DNA of 32,000 nt from Buchnera aphidicola (Therioaphis trifolii). GTDB lineage: Bacteria; Pseudomonadota; Gammaproteobacteria; Enterobacterales; Enterobacteriaceae. The notes under the pieces are model-generated. The model saw only the letters and a program-made list of their open reading frames with translations, had not been told where the DNA came from and did no database searches. A program made the position numbers and the translations under genes. The DNA lies in the NCBI RefSeq assembly GCF_005080705.1, contig NZ_CP032996.1, forward strand, positions 330,001-362,000. Direction: 5' to 3'. This document shows, one piece after another, positions 1-8,891 of the stretch; positions within the stretch are counted from its first letter, which is position 1; each line of letters starts with the position of its first letter.

Positions 1-739
1 ATTTATAGAGAGTATCTAATTTATATGGAACATGTTGAACTCTTTTTACCCACTTATAAAAAATTTTTTGATTTGGAACAACAATAACATTAAATTTCAT
101 ATTAGAAAATTCAGAACCATTATAATTAGATGAAATTCCTTTATATTGTCCTGGAAATTTTGCTATTAAATTTAATACACTTTTCATTTTATTCATAGCA
201 TAAATTTGACTACCTAATTTAGGAATAAAAAAAGCACTCATTACAGAATTTGAAGTAATATTAAAAATAATAGGAGTATTATTAGGTATAAAAATTTCAT
301 TTAAAGTAGCAATATGTTGTAATGGATATATAAATAACCAATTCCAATCTAATGCTACTACATTTATTATAATAGGTTTATTTATAGATATAATTTTTTT
401 CCTAGGATCTAATTCATGCGATGAAGTCCATGCTAAAGTTCCAAGAAAACAAACAATCATAACAGGAAAAAACCATATCATTAATTCAACTTTTCTAGAA
501 TGAGACCAATTTGGTTTATAAGTACTCATTTTAAAATCACGATATTTATAAACAAAAAATAATGTCATTAAAATTACTGGTATTACTAATGTTAACATTG
601 CAATAAAAGACATAAAAATTAATCTATATTGTTTTATTGCTATTTCTCCTGTAGGATGAAAAATAGAATTACGAAAACCAAATAATAAAAATATTCCACA
701 AAATAATATTATTTTTTCAAAAATATTTTTCTTATTCAT
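1..739 (-). CDS. cyoA: cytochrome bo3 ubiquinol oxidase subunit II (first ~246 codons; 3' end lies beyond the window start)
   Basis: Not in the supplied ORF track because it runs off the edge. My reverse-strand translation from the ATG at 739..737 gives [85 protein letters not shown]. These match recalled E. coli CyoA motifs ([41 protein letters not shown]). GAGG lies ~12 nt upstream of the ATG. Confidence 0.9.
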   Translation of the reverse strand, partial: [246 protein letters not shown]

Positions 740-913
740 ATAATTATTTAACCTCAAAAAAAATATTTTTTATTATTAATATTACATATTGTATTATTAA
801 TATTTTTTATTAATAATAAAATATTTAATATTAATAAAAAATTTAAAATTTTATTATTAAATATTATTCAATATAAAATAATTATATAATTAAAAAAAAT
901 AAATTTAATATTT

Positions 914-1204
914 ATGTTAAAAAAAATACAAAAATATTTTAATACTAATCTTGTAATGATATATGACAATACTAAAAAACACAAAAATAATAATAATAAA
1001 AAACATTTCACATTAATTATTATTAGTGATTATTTCTTAAAAATAAAAATGTTACATAGACATCAAAAAGTTTATAAATTATTATATTCAGAAATGAAAA
1101 ATAAAATTCATGCAATCTCTATATATACATACACTATTAATGAATGGAAAAATAATAAAATTCAAAAAAAATATAATATTAATTGTAAATTTTCAAATAT
1201 TTAA
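914..1204 (+). CDS. bolA: BolA family stress/morphogene protein
   Basis: The 96-aa ORF contains HFTLIIISDYF..LHRHQKVYKLL..IHAISIYTYTINEW. This aligns with recalled E. coli BolA (HFKVVLVSDRF..NRHRMIYSTL..VHALALHTYTIKEW). It sits immediately upstream of tig, as in E. coli. Confidence 0.8.
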   Translation: MLKKIQKYFNTNLVMIYDNTKKHKNNNNKKHFTLIIISDYFLKIKMLHRHQKVYKLLYSEMKNKIHAISIYTYTINEWKNNKIQKKYNINCKFSNI

Positions 1205-1290
1205 AAAAACAAATAAAATTTACATAAAATAAATTATAATATTAAAAATTATAATATAATAAATATTATAATATAAATATAGGATGTATA

Positions 1291-2598
1291 ATGAAATTTA
1301 TTTTAAAAAATAAAAATAATTTTGAAAAAGAAATTAATATTACTATTCCATTAAAAAATATACAAGAATTAAAAAAAAAAGAAATAATTAAAATAAGAAA
1401 AACGACAAATATTAATGGATTTAGAAAAAATAAAATTCCAATTCATATTATTGAAAATAAATATCATGAAAAAATTAAAAAAAATATAATAAAAAATATT
1501 ATTTATGATAATTTAAAAAAAATTATTAAAATAGAGAAATTAAATATTATTAATGAACCAAAAATTATTATTCATCAATATAATAATAATTCTGATTTTA
1601 TTTATTCAATATTTATTCAATCTATTCCAGATATTGATCTTAATATATTAAAAAAAATTAACATTAAAAAAATAAAAATTATTATTAATGATTTAGATAT
1701 TGAATATTATATTCATCATGTAATTAATCATGAAATATCTTGGAAAAAAAATATAAATCAAATTCAAAAAAATGATAAAGTAATTATTAATTATAATATT
1801 AAAAAAAAAAATATTTTTCATCAATTAAAAAATAATAAAATAACATTATTAATGAATCAAAATAAAATTCTTCCTCAAATACAACAACAATTATTAAATA
1901 AAAAATCCGGAGATACTTTTCTAGTAGAAATAAATGTTCCAATTAAACATCCAGATATAAAATATCAAGGAAAAAAAATAATATTAAAAATTCATATTAA
2001 TAAAGTATTATCTCCTAAAAAAATATATTCAAAAAAAAAAATTATAAAACATTTACAAAATATATTTAATATAAATCATTTTTCAGATTTAAAAATAATT
2101 ATTAAAAATCAATTAAAAAAAGAAATTGATAATTTAGAATATAAATATTTAAAAAATCAAATTATAAAAAAAATAATAAAATCTAAAATTATTAAAATTC
2201 CAAAAGAATTTTTATATAAAAAATTAAAAAAAATAGAAAAAAAAATTAATAAAGAATATATTCAAAATAAAGGAAATATTATTGAATTAAAATATTATAA
2301 TAATTTAAAAAAAAATATATTAAAAGAAATTCAAATTGATCTATTTATGCAATTAATAATCAAAAAAAATAAAATTAATGTAACAAAAGAAGAAATAAAA
2401 AATTATATAAAAAATACATCACAAATAAATGAAAATTTTATAAAAGAAATTCAAATTCAAAAAAATAAAAATCATATTTATAATAATTTATATAATATTA
2501 TTTTAGAAAAAAAAATTATTAATTATTTATTAAATTTATTTTTTATTCAAAATAAAACATATAATTTAAAAAAGGTTATAAAAAATTTCAATCAATAA
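1291..2598 (+). CDS. tig: trigger factor (very divergent, K/I/N-rich)
   Basis: 435 aa, versus ~432 aa in E. coli. The N-terminal ribosome-binding signature region INGFRKNKIP aligns with E. coli IDGFRKGKVP. AGGA lies 6 nt upstream of the ATG. Its position between bolA and clpP is conserved. Confidence 0.85.
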   Translation: MKFILKNKNNFEKEINITIPLKNIQELKKKEIIKIRKTTNINGFRKNKIPIHIIENKYHEKIKKNIIKNIIYDNLKKIIKIEKLNIINEPKIIIHQYNNNSDFIYSIFIQSIPDIDLNILKKINIKKIKIIINDLDIEYYIHHVINHEISWKKNINQIQKNDKVIINYNIKKKNIFHQLKNNKITLLMNQNKILPQIQQQLLNKKSGDTFLVEINVPIKHPDIKYQGKKIILKIHINKVLSPKKIYSKKKIIKHLQNIFNINHFSDLKIIIKNQLKKEIDNLEYKYLKNQIIKKIIKSKIIKIPKEFLYKKLKKIEKKINKEYIQNKGNIIELKYYNNLKKNILKEIQIDLFMQLIIKKNKINVTKEEIKNYIKNTSQINENFIKEIQIQKNKNHIYNNLYNIILEKKIINYLLNLFFIQNKTYNLKKVIKNFNQ

Positions 2599-2649
2599 AA
2601 ATATTCATTTTAATACATTAAAATAATAAATATTTAAATAGGATAATGC

Positions 2650-3279
2650 ATGTTAAAATATATAAAAAAAAATATATTACAATCTCAATTAATACCAATG
2701 GTAATTGAAAAAACTAAGAATGGAGAACGATCATATGATATTTATTCTCGATTATTAAAAGAAAGAATTATTTTTATTTCAGGAACAATTGAAGATAATA
2801 TGTGTAATACAATTATTGCACAAATGTTATTTTTAGAATCAAAAAATCCTAAAAAAGATATTTTTTTATATATAAATTCTCCAGGAGGAGTAGTTACTTC
2901 TGGAATGTCTATTTATGATACTATGCAATTTATTAAACCAGATATTAATACTATTTGTATAGGACAGGCCTGTTCAATGGCTGCAATACTATTATGTTCT
3001 GGTACTCCTGGAAAAAGATTCTGTTTAAAAAATTCAAGAATTATGATACATCAACCTATTGGAGGTTGTAAAGGACAGGCATCTGATATTATGATACATA
3101 CACAAGAAATTATAAAAACAAAAAATGTTATTAATAAAATTCTTGCATTTCATACTGGACAAAATATTTCTAAAATAGAACAAGATACAGAACGAGATCA
3201 TTTTTTTAATGCAAAAGAATCAATTAAATATGGATTAGTAGATTCAATATTAAAATCTAGAAAAAATAAAAATATATAA
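2650..3279 (+). CDS. clpP: ATP-dependent Clp protease proteolytic subunit
   Basis: Strong identity to ClpP, for example [38 protein letters not shown] and GQACSMAA (catalytic Ser). IMIHQP carries the catalytic His and TERDHFF the Asp. A GGA ribosome-binding site is present upstream. Confidence 0.97.
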   Translation: MLKYIKKNILQSQLIPMVIEKTKNGERSYDIYSRLLKERIIFISGTIEDNMCNTIIAQMLFLESKNPKKDIFLYINSPGGVVTSGMSIYDTMQFIKPDINTICIGQACSMAAILLCSGTPGKRFCLKNSRIMIHQPIGGCKGQASDIMIHTQEIIKTKNVINKILAFHTGQNISKIEQDTERDHFFNAKESIKYGLVDSILKSRKNKNI

Positions 3280-3394
3280 TTTTTAAGTATATTTATTTAA
3301 AATATTATAAAATATTAATTATTATTTTAAATAAAAATAAATAATATAAAAATCTTTTCATTATATAAATAATAATCGGAAAAATACATTCAAT

Positions 3395-4486
3395 ATGAAT
3401 TTAAATGAAAATTTTAATATTTTATTAACTCCAAAAAAAATAAAAAAAAAATTAGATGAGTATATAATTGGACAAGAAAAAGCAAAAAAAATATTATCAG
3501 TATCAGTATATAATCATTATAAAAGAATTATATATTTAAATAATAATCAAGATAATAATATTGAAATAAAAAAAAGTAATATATTACTTATTGGTCCTAC
3601 GGGTTGTGGAAAAACATTATTAGCAGAAACTATGGCAAAAATATTACAAATTCCATTTGTTATTGCTGATGCTACTTCTTTAACAGAAGCAGGATATGTA
3701 GGAGATGATGTTGAAAGTATTTTACAAAAATTATTACAAAATTGTCAATATAATATATCTAAAGCTGAAAAAGGAATTATATATATAGACGAAATTGATA
3801 AAATATGTAAAAAATCTGAAAATGTATCTATTACAAGAGATGTTTCTGGTGAAGGAGTACAACAAGCTTTATTAAAAATTATGGAAGGTACAATAGCATC
3901 TGTTCCACCTCAAGGAGGTAGAAAACATCCTAATCAACCATGCTTACAACTTAATACATCAAATATACTTTTTATTTGCGGAGGAACATTTGATGGATTA
4001 AAAAAAAATATAAATAAACATTATAAAAAAAATATAAAAATTGGATTTAATAATTTTATTAATAATAATATTAATAAAAAAAAAAATACTAATTTAAATG
4101 ATATTACATCAAAAGATTTAATTCGATTTGGATTAATTCCAGAATTTATTGGACGTTTACCAATTATTGTTACTTTAAATCATATGAATCAAAATATGTT
4201 ATGTCAAATTTTATGTAAACCTAAAAATTCAATAATTAAACAATATAAAAAATTATTTTTAATGGACAATACTATATTAGAATTTGAAGAAAATGCAATT
4301 ATAGAAATTGCAAAACAAACATTAAAAAATAAAATTGGAGCACGAGGATTAAGATCAATTATAGAAGATTTATTATTAGATACAATGTATAATTTACCTT
4401 CTATGAATAATGTTAAAAAAATACTCATTAATAAATTCGTAGTACAAAAAAAAATAAACCCAATAATTATTTTTCATCAAAAATAA
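3395..4486 (+). CDS. clpX: ATP-dependent Clp protease ATPase/unfoldase subunit, AAA+ body only (N-terminal zinc-binding domain absent)
   Basis: 363 aa. Conserved elements present: [13 protein letters not shown], Walker A GPTGCGKT, pore-1 loop AGYVGDDVE, Walker [24 protein letters not shown] loop [12 protein letters not shown] loop, and [12 protein letters not shown]. The ORF starts ~10 residues before the LD.Y.IGQ motif. An in-frame TAA lies at 3347..3349. Confidence 0.95.
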   Translation: MNLNENFNILLTPKKIKKKLDEYIIGQEKAKKILSVSVYNHYKRIIYLNNNQDNNIEIKKSNILLIGPTGCGKTLLAETMAKILQIPFVIADATSLTEAGYVGDDVESILQKLLQNCQYNISKAEKGIIYIDEIDKICKKSENVSITRDVSGEGVQQALLKIMEGTIASVPPQGGRKHPNQPCLQLNTSNILFICGGTFDGLKKNINKHYKKNIKIGFNNFINNNINKKKNTNLNDITSKDLIRFGLIPEFIGRLPIIVTLNHMNQNMLCQILCKPKNSIIKQYKKLFLMDNTILEFEENAIIEIAKQTLKNKIGARGLRSIIEDLLLDTMYNLPSMNNVKKILINKFVVQKKINPIIIFHQK

Positions 4487-4624
4487 TTAAAAATAAAAAT
4501 ATTTTTTTTAAATTAACTATATATTAAATTATAAAAATATTTATTACAAAATAAATAAAAATAACTGAAATAATTATTATTTATTAAAATTATACAAATA
4601 TTATCATTAAATTAAGAGAATTAT

Positions 4625-6961
4625 ATGAATTCTGAATGTTCGAAAAATATTGTAATTCCAATATTACCACTGAGAGATATAGTAATATATCCTAATGTAA
4701 TAATACCATTATTTGTAGGACGTAAAAAATCAATTGAGTGTATTAAATTTGCATTAAAAGATAATAAAAAAATTATGTTAGTAACACAAAAAAAATCAAA
4801 AGTAGATGATCCTAAAATTAATGAATTATTTAGTATTGGAACAATATCAAAAATATTACAAATATTTACATTACCTGATGGAACAATAAAAATTTTAATA
4901 AAAGGTATAAAACGTGGAAAATTAAAAAAAATATATGAAAATGAGCATTTTTTTACTGCAGAAATTGAAAAAATTAATTCTTATGAAACTGATAAAAAAA
5001 AAATTACAATATTTATGAAAATTGTAATTGAAAAATTTGAAAAATATTTACAATTTAATAAAAATATTCCAATTGAAATATTACAATCATTATATAAAAT
5101 TCAAAATGCATCAAAACTATCTAATATAATATCATCACATATATCATTAAAATTAGAAGATCAACAAAAAATTTTAGAAATGCTTAATATTAATAAAAGG
5201 TTAGAATATTTAATATCAACAATGGAATCAGAAATTGAATTATTTAAAATAGAAAAAAAAATAAAAAATCGTATACAAAATAATATAGAAAAAAATCAAA
5301 AAGAATATTATTTAAATGAACAAATAAAAGCTATTCAAAAAGAATTAGGTGAAATAGAAGGTATTACTAATGAATGTGATATATTAAAAAATAAAATTAA
5401 TAAATTAAAAATACCTAAAATAGTAAAAAATAAAGCATTATTAGAATTAAAAAGATTAAAAATGATGTCTTCAATATCAGCTGAAGCATCTGTTATAAGA
5501 GGTTATATTGATTGGATTATAAAAGTACCATGGTCTTATAAAAGTAAAACTAAAAGAAACATAAATACAGCAAAAAAAATATTAGATAAAGATCATTTTG
5601 GATTAAAAAAAGTAAAAAATAGAATTTTAGAATATTTAGCAGTACAATCTCGAACTAATAAAATAAAAGGACCTATTTTATGTTTAGTTGGACCTCCAGG
5701 AGTTGGAAAAACATCTTTAGGAAAATCTATTGCAAAAGCTACAGGTAGAAAATATGTTCGTATGGCTTTAGGAGGTATACGAGATGAAGCAGAAATTAGA
5801 GGTCATAGAAGAACTTATATTGGATCACTTCCAGGAAAAATTATACAAAATATAGTTAAAGTTGGTGTAAAAAATCCATTATTTTTATTAGATGAAATTG
5901 ATAAAATATCAAATGATATAAGATTTGATCCTATTTCAGCATTATTAGAAGTATTAGATCCAGAACAAAATTCTAATTTTAATGATCATTATTTAGAATT
6001 AGATTATGATTTATCAAATGTAATGTTTATTGCTACTGCAAATTCAACAAATATTCCAGCTCCTTTACTTGATAGAATGGAAATAATTCATGTTTCCAGT
6101 TATACTGAAGAAGAAAAATTTAATATTGCAAAAAATTATTTAAAACCAAAACAAATTATAAGACACGCATTAAAACAAAATGAAATAAAAATTTCAGATA
6201 ATGCTATAAGAAATATTATTTATTATTATACACGAGAAGCAGGAGTTAGAGGATTAGAAAAATCAATTGCTAAAATATGTAGAAAAGTAGTAAAAAATTT
6301 ACTTACAAATATAAATATTACAAGTATTACTATAGATGAAAAAAATTTAAAAAAATATTTAGGAATTAAAAAATTTCAATATGGAAAAATAAATCATAAA
6401 AATCAAATTGGACAAGTAAATGGATTAGCTTGGACGGAAGTAGGAGGAGATTTATTAACTATTGAAACTGCTTGTGTTCCTGGAAAAGGAAAATTAATTT
6501 ATACAGGATCTTTAGGTGATGTTATGAAAGAATCTATACAAACAGCACTAACAGTTGTAAGATCACAAGCAAAAAAATTAAAAATTCAAACTGATTTTTA
6601 TGAAAAATATGACATACATGTACATATTCCTGAAGGAGCGACACCTAAAGATGGACCAAGTGCAGGAATTGCTATTTGTACTGCTATTGTATCTGCATTA
6701 ACAAATAATCCCGTAAAATATAATATTGCTATGACTGGAGAAATTACATTAAATGGTAATGTATTAATTATTGGAGGATTAAAAGAAAAATTATTAGCAG
6801 CTCATAGAGGAAAAATAAAAAATATTATTATTCCATATCAAAATAGATATAATTTAGAAGAAATACCTAAAAATATTTTATCTAATTTAATTATACATCC
6901 AGTAAAAAAAATTAAAGAAGTATTATTACTGTCTTTAAATAATAAACCATATATCATATAA
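4625..6961 (+). CDS. lon: Lon protease (LonA)
   Basis: 778 aa, versus ~784 aa in E. coli. The N-terminal LPLRDIVIYPNVIIPLFVGR, Walker A GPPGVGKTS, and catalytic Ser region PKDGPSAGIA are present. The catalytic Lys context IGGLKEKLLAAHRG is also present. Confidence 0.97.
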   Translation: MNSECSKNIVIPILPLRDIVIYPNVIIPLFVGRKKSIECIKFALKDNKKIMLVTQKKSKVDDPKINELFSIGTISKILQIFTLPDGTIKILIKGIKRGKLKKIYENEHFFTAEIEKINSYETDKKKITIFMKIVIEKFEKYLQFNKNIPIEILQSLYKIQNASKLSNIISSHISLKLEDQQKILEMLNINKRLEYLISTMESEIELFKIEKKIKNRIQNNIEKNQKEYYLNEQIKAIQKELGEIEGITNECDILKNKINKLKIPKIVKNKALLELKRLKMMSSISAEASVIRGYIDWIIKVPWSYKSKTKRNINTAKKILDKDHFGLKKVKNRILEYLAVQSRTNKIKGPILCLVGPPGVGKTSLGKSIAKATGRKYVRMALGGIRDEAEIRGHRRTYIGSLPGKIIQNIVKVGVKNPLFLLDEIDKISNDIRFDPISALLEVLDPEQNSNFNDHYLELDYDLSNVMFIATANSTNIPAPLLDRMEIIHVSSYTEEEKFNIAKNYLKPKQIIRHALKQNEIKISDNAIRNIIYYYTREAGVRGLEKSIAKICRKVVKNLLTNINITSITIDEKNLKKYLGIKKFQYGKINHKNQIGQVNGLAWTEVGGDLLTIETACVPGKGKLIYTGSLGDVMKESIQTALTVVRSQAKKLKIQTDFYEKYDIHVHIPEGATPKDGPSAGIAICTAIVSALTNNPVKYNIAMTGEITLNGNVLIIGGLKEKLLAAHRGKIKNIIIPYQNRYNLEEIPKNILSNLIIHPVKKIKEVLLLSLNNKPYII

Positions 6962-6977
6962 AATTTACATAATACTT

Positions 6978-7007
6978 GGCTGGAAATATTAATTTTTAAA
7001 TCCAGCC
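6978..7007 (+). terminator. GC-containing hairpin downstream of lon (possible terminator or RNA-stability element)
   Basis: GGCTGGA (6978..6984) pairs with TCCAGCC (7001..7007): a 7-bp perfect stem with a 16-nt AT loop, 17 nt after the lon stop. It is the only GC cluster in a 167-bp AT spacer. No clean U-tract follows, so the terminator call is tentative. Confidence 0.35.
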
Positions 7008-7128
7008 CATATAAAAATATATAAATATAATATTAAAAAAATATAATTATTAATATATTTAAAAAATATATATATTTTTAATTTTAAAATTTAAATATAA
7101 ATATTTAAAAAAAATAATAGGATATTTT

Positions 7129-8865
7129 GTGCAATTATTTAATAAAATTTCTTGGTATTTTTTAAAAGAATGGAAACAATATTTAGGATCTATTATTTTA
7201 TTAATTATAATAGCAATTTTACAACTCATACCTCCCAAAATAGTGGGTATATTAATAGATAATATAATAATAAAAAAAAAATATGAAAATTTATTATTTT
7301 ATTGGATTGGATTAATATTTTTAATTTCTTTAATAATATATTTTTTACGATATATATGGAGGATATTATTATTTGGTGCAGCATATAAATTAGCTATGAT
7401 ATTAAGAATAAAAATATATCAATATCTTAGTAAAAAAAATAAAACATTTTATCTCCAATATAGAACAGGAGATTTAATGGCACGAGCAACAAATGATATC
7501 GATAAAGTAGTATTTGCTGCAGGTGAAGGTGTATTAACATTAATTGATTCAATGATAACAGGAATGTTAGTATTAACAATCATGATTACACAAATTAATT
7601 GGAAATTAACTTTTTTATCATTACTTCCAATGCCAATTATGACGTTCATTATTACTAAATACGGAAAAAAATTATTTTTTGCTTTTCAAAAATCACAAAA
7701 AACATTTTCTAATTTAAATAATCAAACTCAAGAAAGTTTAACAAATATTTATACAATTAAAGGATTTGGATTAGAAAACTATGAAATTAATAAATTTAAA
7801 AAAATAACTGATGATGTTAATAAAAAAAATATTATTGTTTCTAAAATTGATGCTAAATTTGATCCAATTATTTATTCTTCTATTGCATTTTCTAATGTAT
7901 TAACTATATCTTCAGGAAGTTATTTTATTTGGAATAATTATATTACTATTGGACAATTAACTAGTTTTATGATGTATTTAGGATTAATGGTTTGGCCAAT
8001 GTTAGCATTAGCATGGATGTTTAATATAGTTGAAAGAGGAAGTGCAGCATGGAATCGAATACAAATAATTCTTCAGAAAGATTTATTTATTCAATCTGGA
8101 TCAAAAAATATAATTAATGATCAAAAAAATATCATAATTAAAATTAAAAAATTTAAATATCCTCAAACTAATAGTTATGTTTTAAAAGATATTTTTATAA
8201 AAATGAATTTTAATCAAATTATTGGAATTTGTGGACCAACTGGAAGTGGAAAAAGTACACTTTTAAATTTAATTCAAAAAAATTTTCATATTAATAAAGG
8301 AAATATTTTTTATGATAATACTCCAATAAATAAATATAATACATTACAATGGAGAAAAAAAATATCATTTGTTCATCAATTTACATTTTTATTTTCTGAT
8401 ACTATAAAAAATAATATTAATTTAGGAAATATTAAAAATGCAAATAAAAAAATAAAATATATTTCAAAATTAACAAAAATTCATAATGATATTATGAAAT
8501 TTCCTGATAATTATAAAACTAAAATTGGTGAACAAGGTATTATGTTATCTGGAGGACAAAAAAAAAGAATTGCAATTGCAAGATCATTATTATTAAATTC
8601 AGAAATTTTAATATTAGATAATGCGCTTTCTGCAATAGATCGACCAACACAATATAGTATTTTAAAAAATATAAAAAAATGGAAAAAAAATAATCATACA
8701 ATTATTATTTCAACACATGAATTAGGCATATTAAAAGAATTAGATAATATATTTATTATACAAAATGGAACTATTAAAAATCAGGGTACACATTATGAAC
8801 TAATGAAATATGAAAATTGGTATAGTAAAATGTATAAAATACAAAAGTTAAATAAAATTATATAA
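7129..8865 (+). CDS. mdlA: ABC exporter, fused TMD-NBD half-transporter (MdlA-type)
   Basis: 578 aa. An N-terminal six-helix-like hydrophobic domain is followed by an NBD with Walker A GPTGSGKST, signature LSGGQKKR and Walker B ILILDN. The start is GTG at 7129, with AGGA 6 nt upstream. Its position before mdlB and ffs matches E. coli and Buchnera. Confidence 0.85.
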   Translation: MQLFNKISWYFLKEWKQYLGSIILLIIIAILQLIPPKIVGILIDNIIIKKKYENLLFYWIGLIFLISLIIYFLRYIWRILLFGAAYKLAMILRIKIYQYLSKKNKTFYLQYRTGDLMARATNDIDKVVFAAGEGVLTLIDSMITGMLVLTIMITQINWKLTFLSLLPMPIMTFIITKYGKKLFFAFQKSQKTFSNLNNQTQESLTNIYTIKGFGLENYEINKFKKITDDVNKKNIIVSKIDAKFDPIIYSSIAFSNVLTISSGSYFIWNNYITIGQLTSFMMYLGLMVWPMLALAWMFNIVERGSAAWNRIQIILQKDLFIQSGSKNIINDQKNIIIKIKKFKYPQTNSYVLKDIFIKMNFNQIIGICGPTGSGKSTLLNLIQKNFHINKGNIFYDNTPINKYNTLQWRKKISFVHQFTFLFSDTIKNNINLGNIKNANKKIKYISKLTKIHNDIMKFPDNYKTKIGEQGIMLSGGQKKRIAIARSLLLNSEILILDNALSAIDRPTQYSILKNIKKWKKNNHTIIISTHELGILKELDNIFIIQNGTIKNQGTHYELMKYENWYSKMYKIQKLNKII

Positions 8866-8891
8866 TAATATATTTTTAAAAGAGGATAAAT

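Noticed and set aside
771-804. A direct repeat TATTATTAATATT at 771..783 and 792..804, plus other AT palindromes in the cyoA-bolA spacer.
   Set aside because: The spacer is essentially 100% A/T. Repeats and palindromes of this size are expected by chance in such low-complexity sequence. There is no array-like periodicity.
6980-7012. A sigma32-like promoter formed by CTGGAAA (6980..6986) and GCCCATAT (7005..7012), upstream of mdlA.
   Set aside because: The two elements are 18 nt apart, versus ~13-15 nt in the consensus. They are simply the two arms of the lon-distal hairpin. mdlA is not a heat-shock gene.
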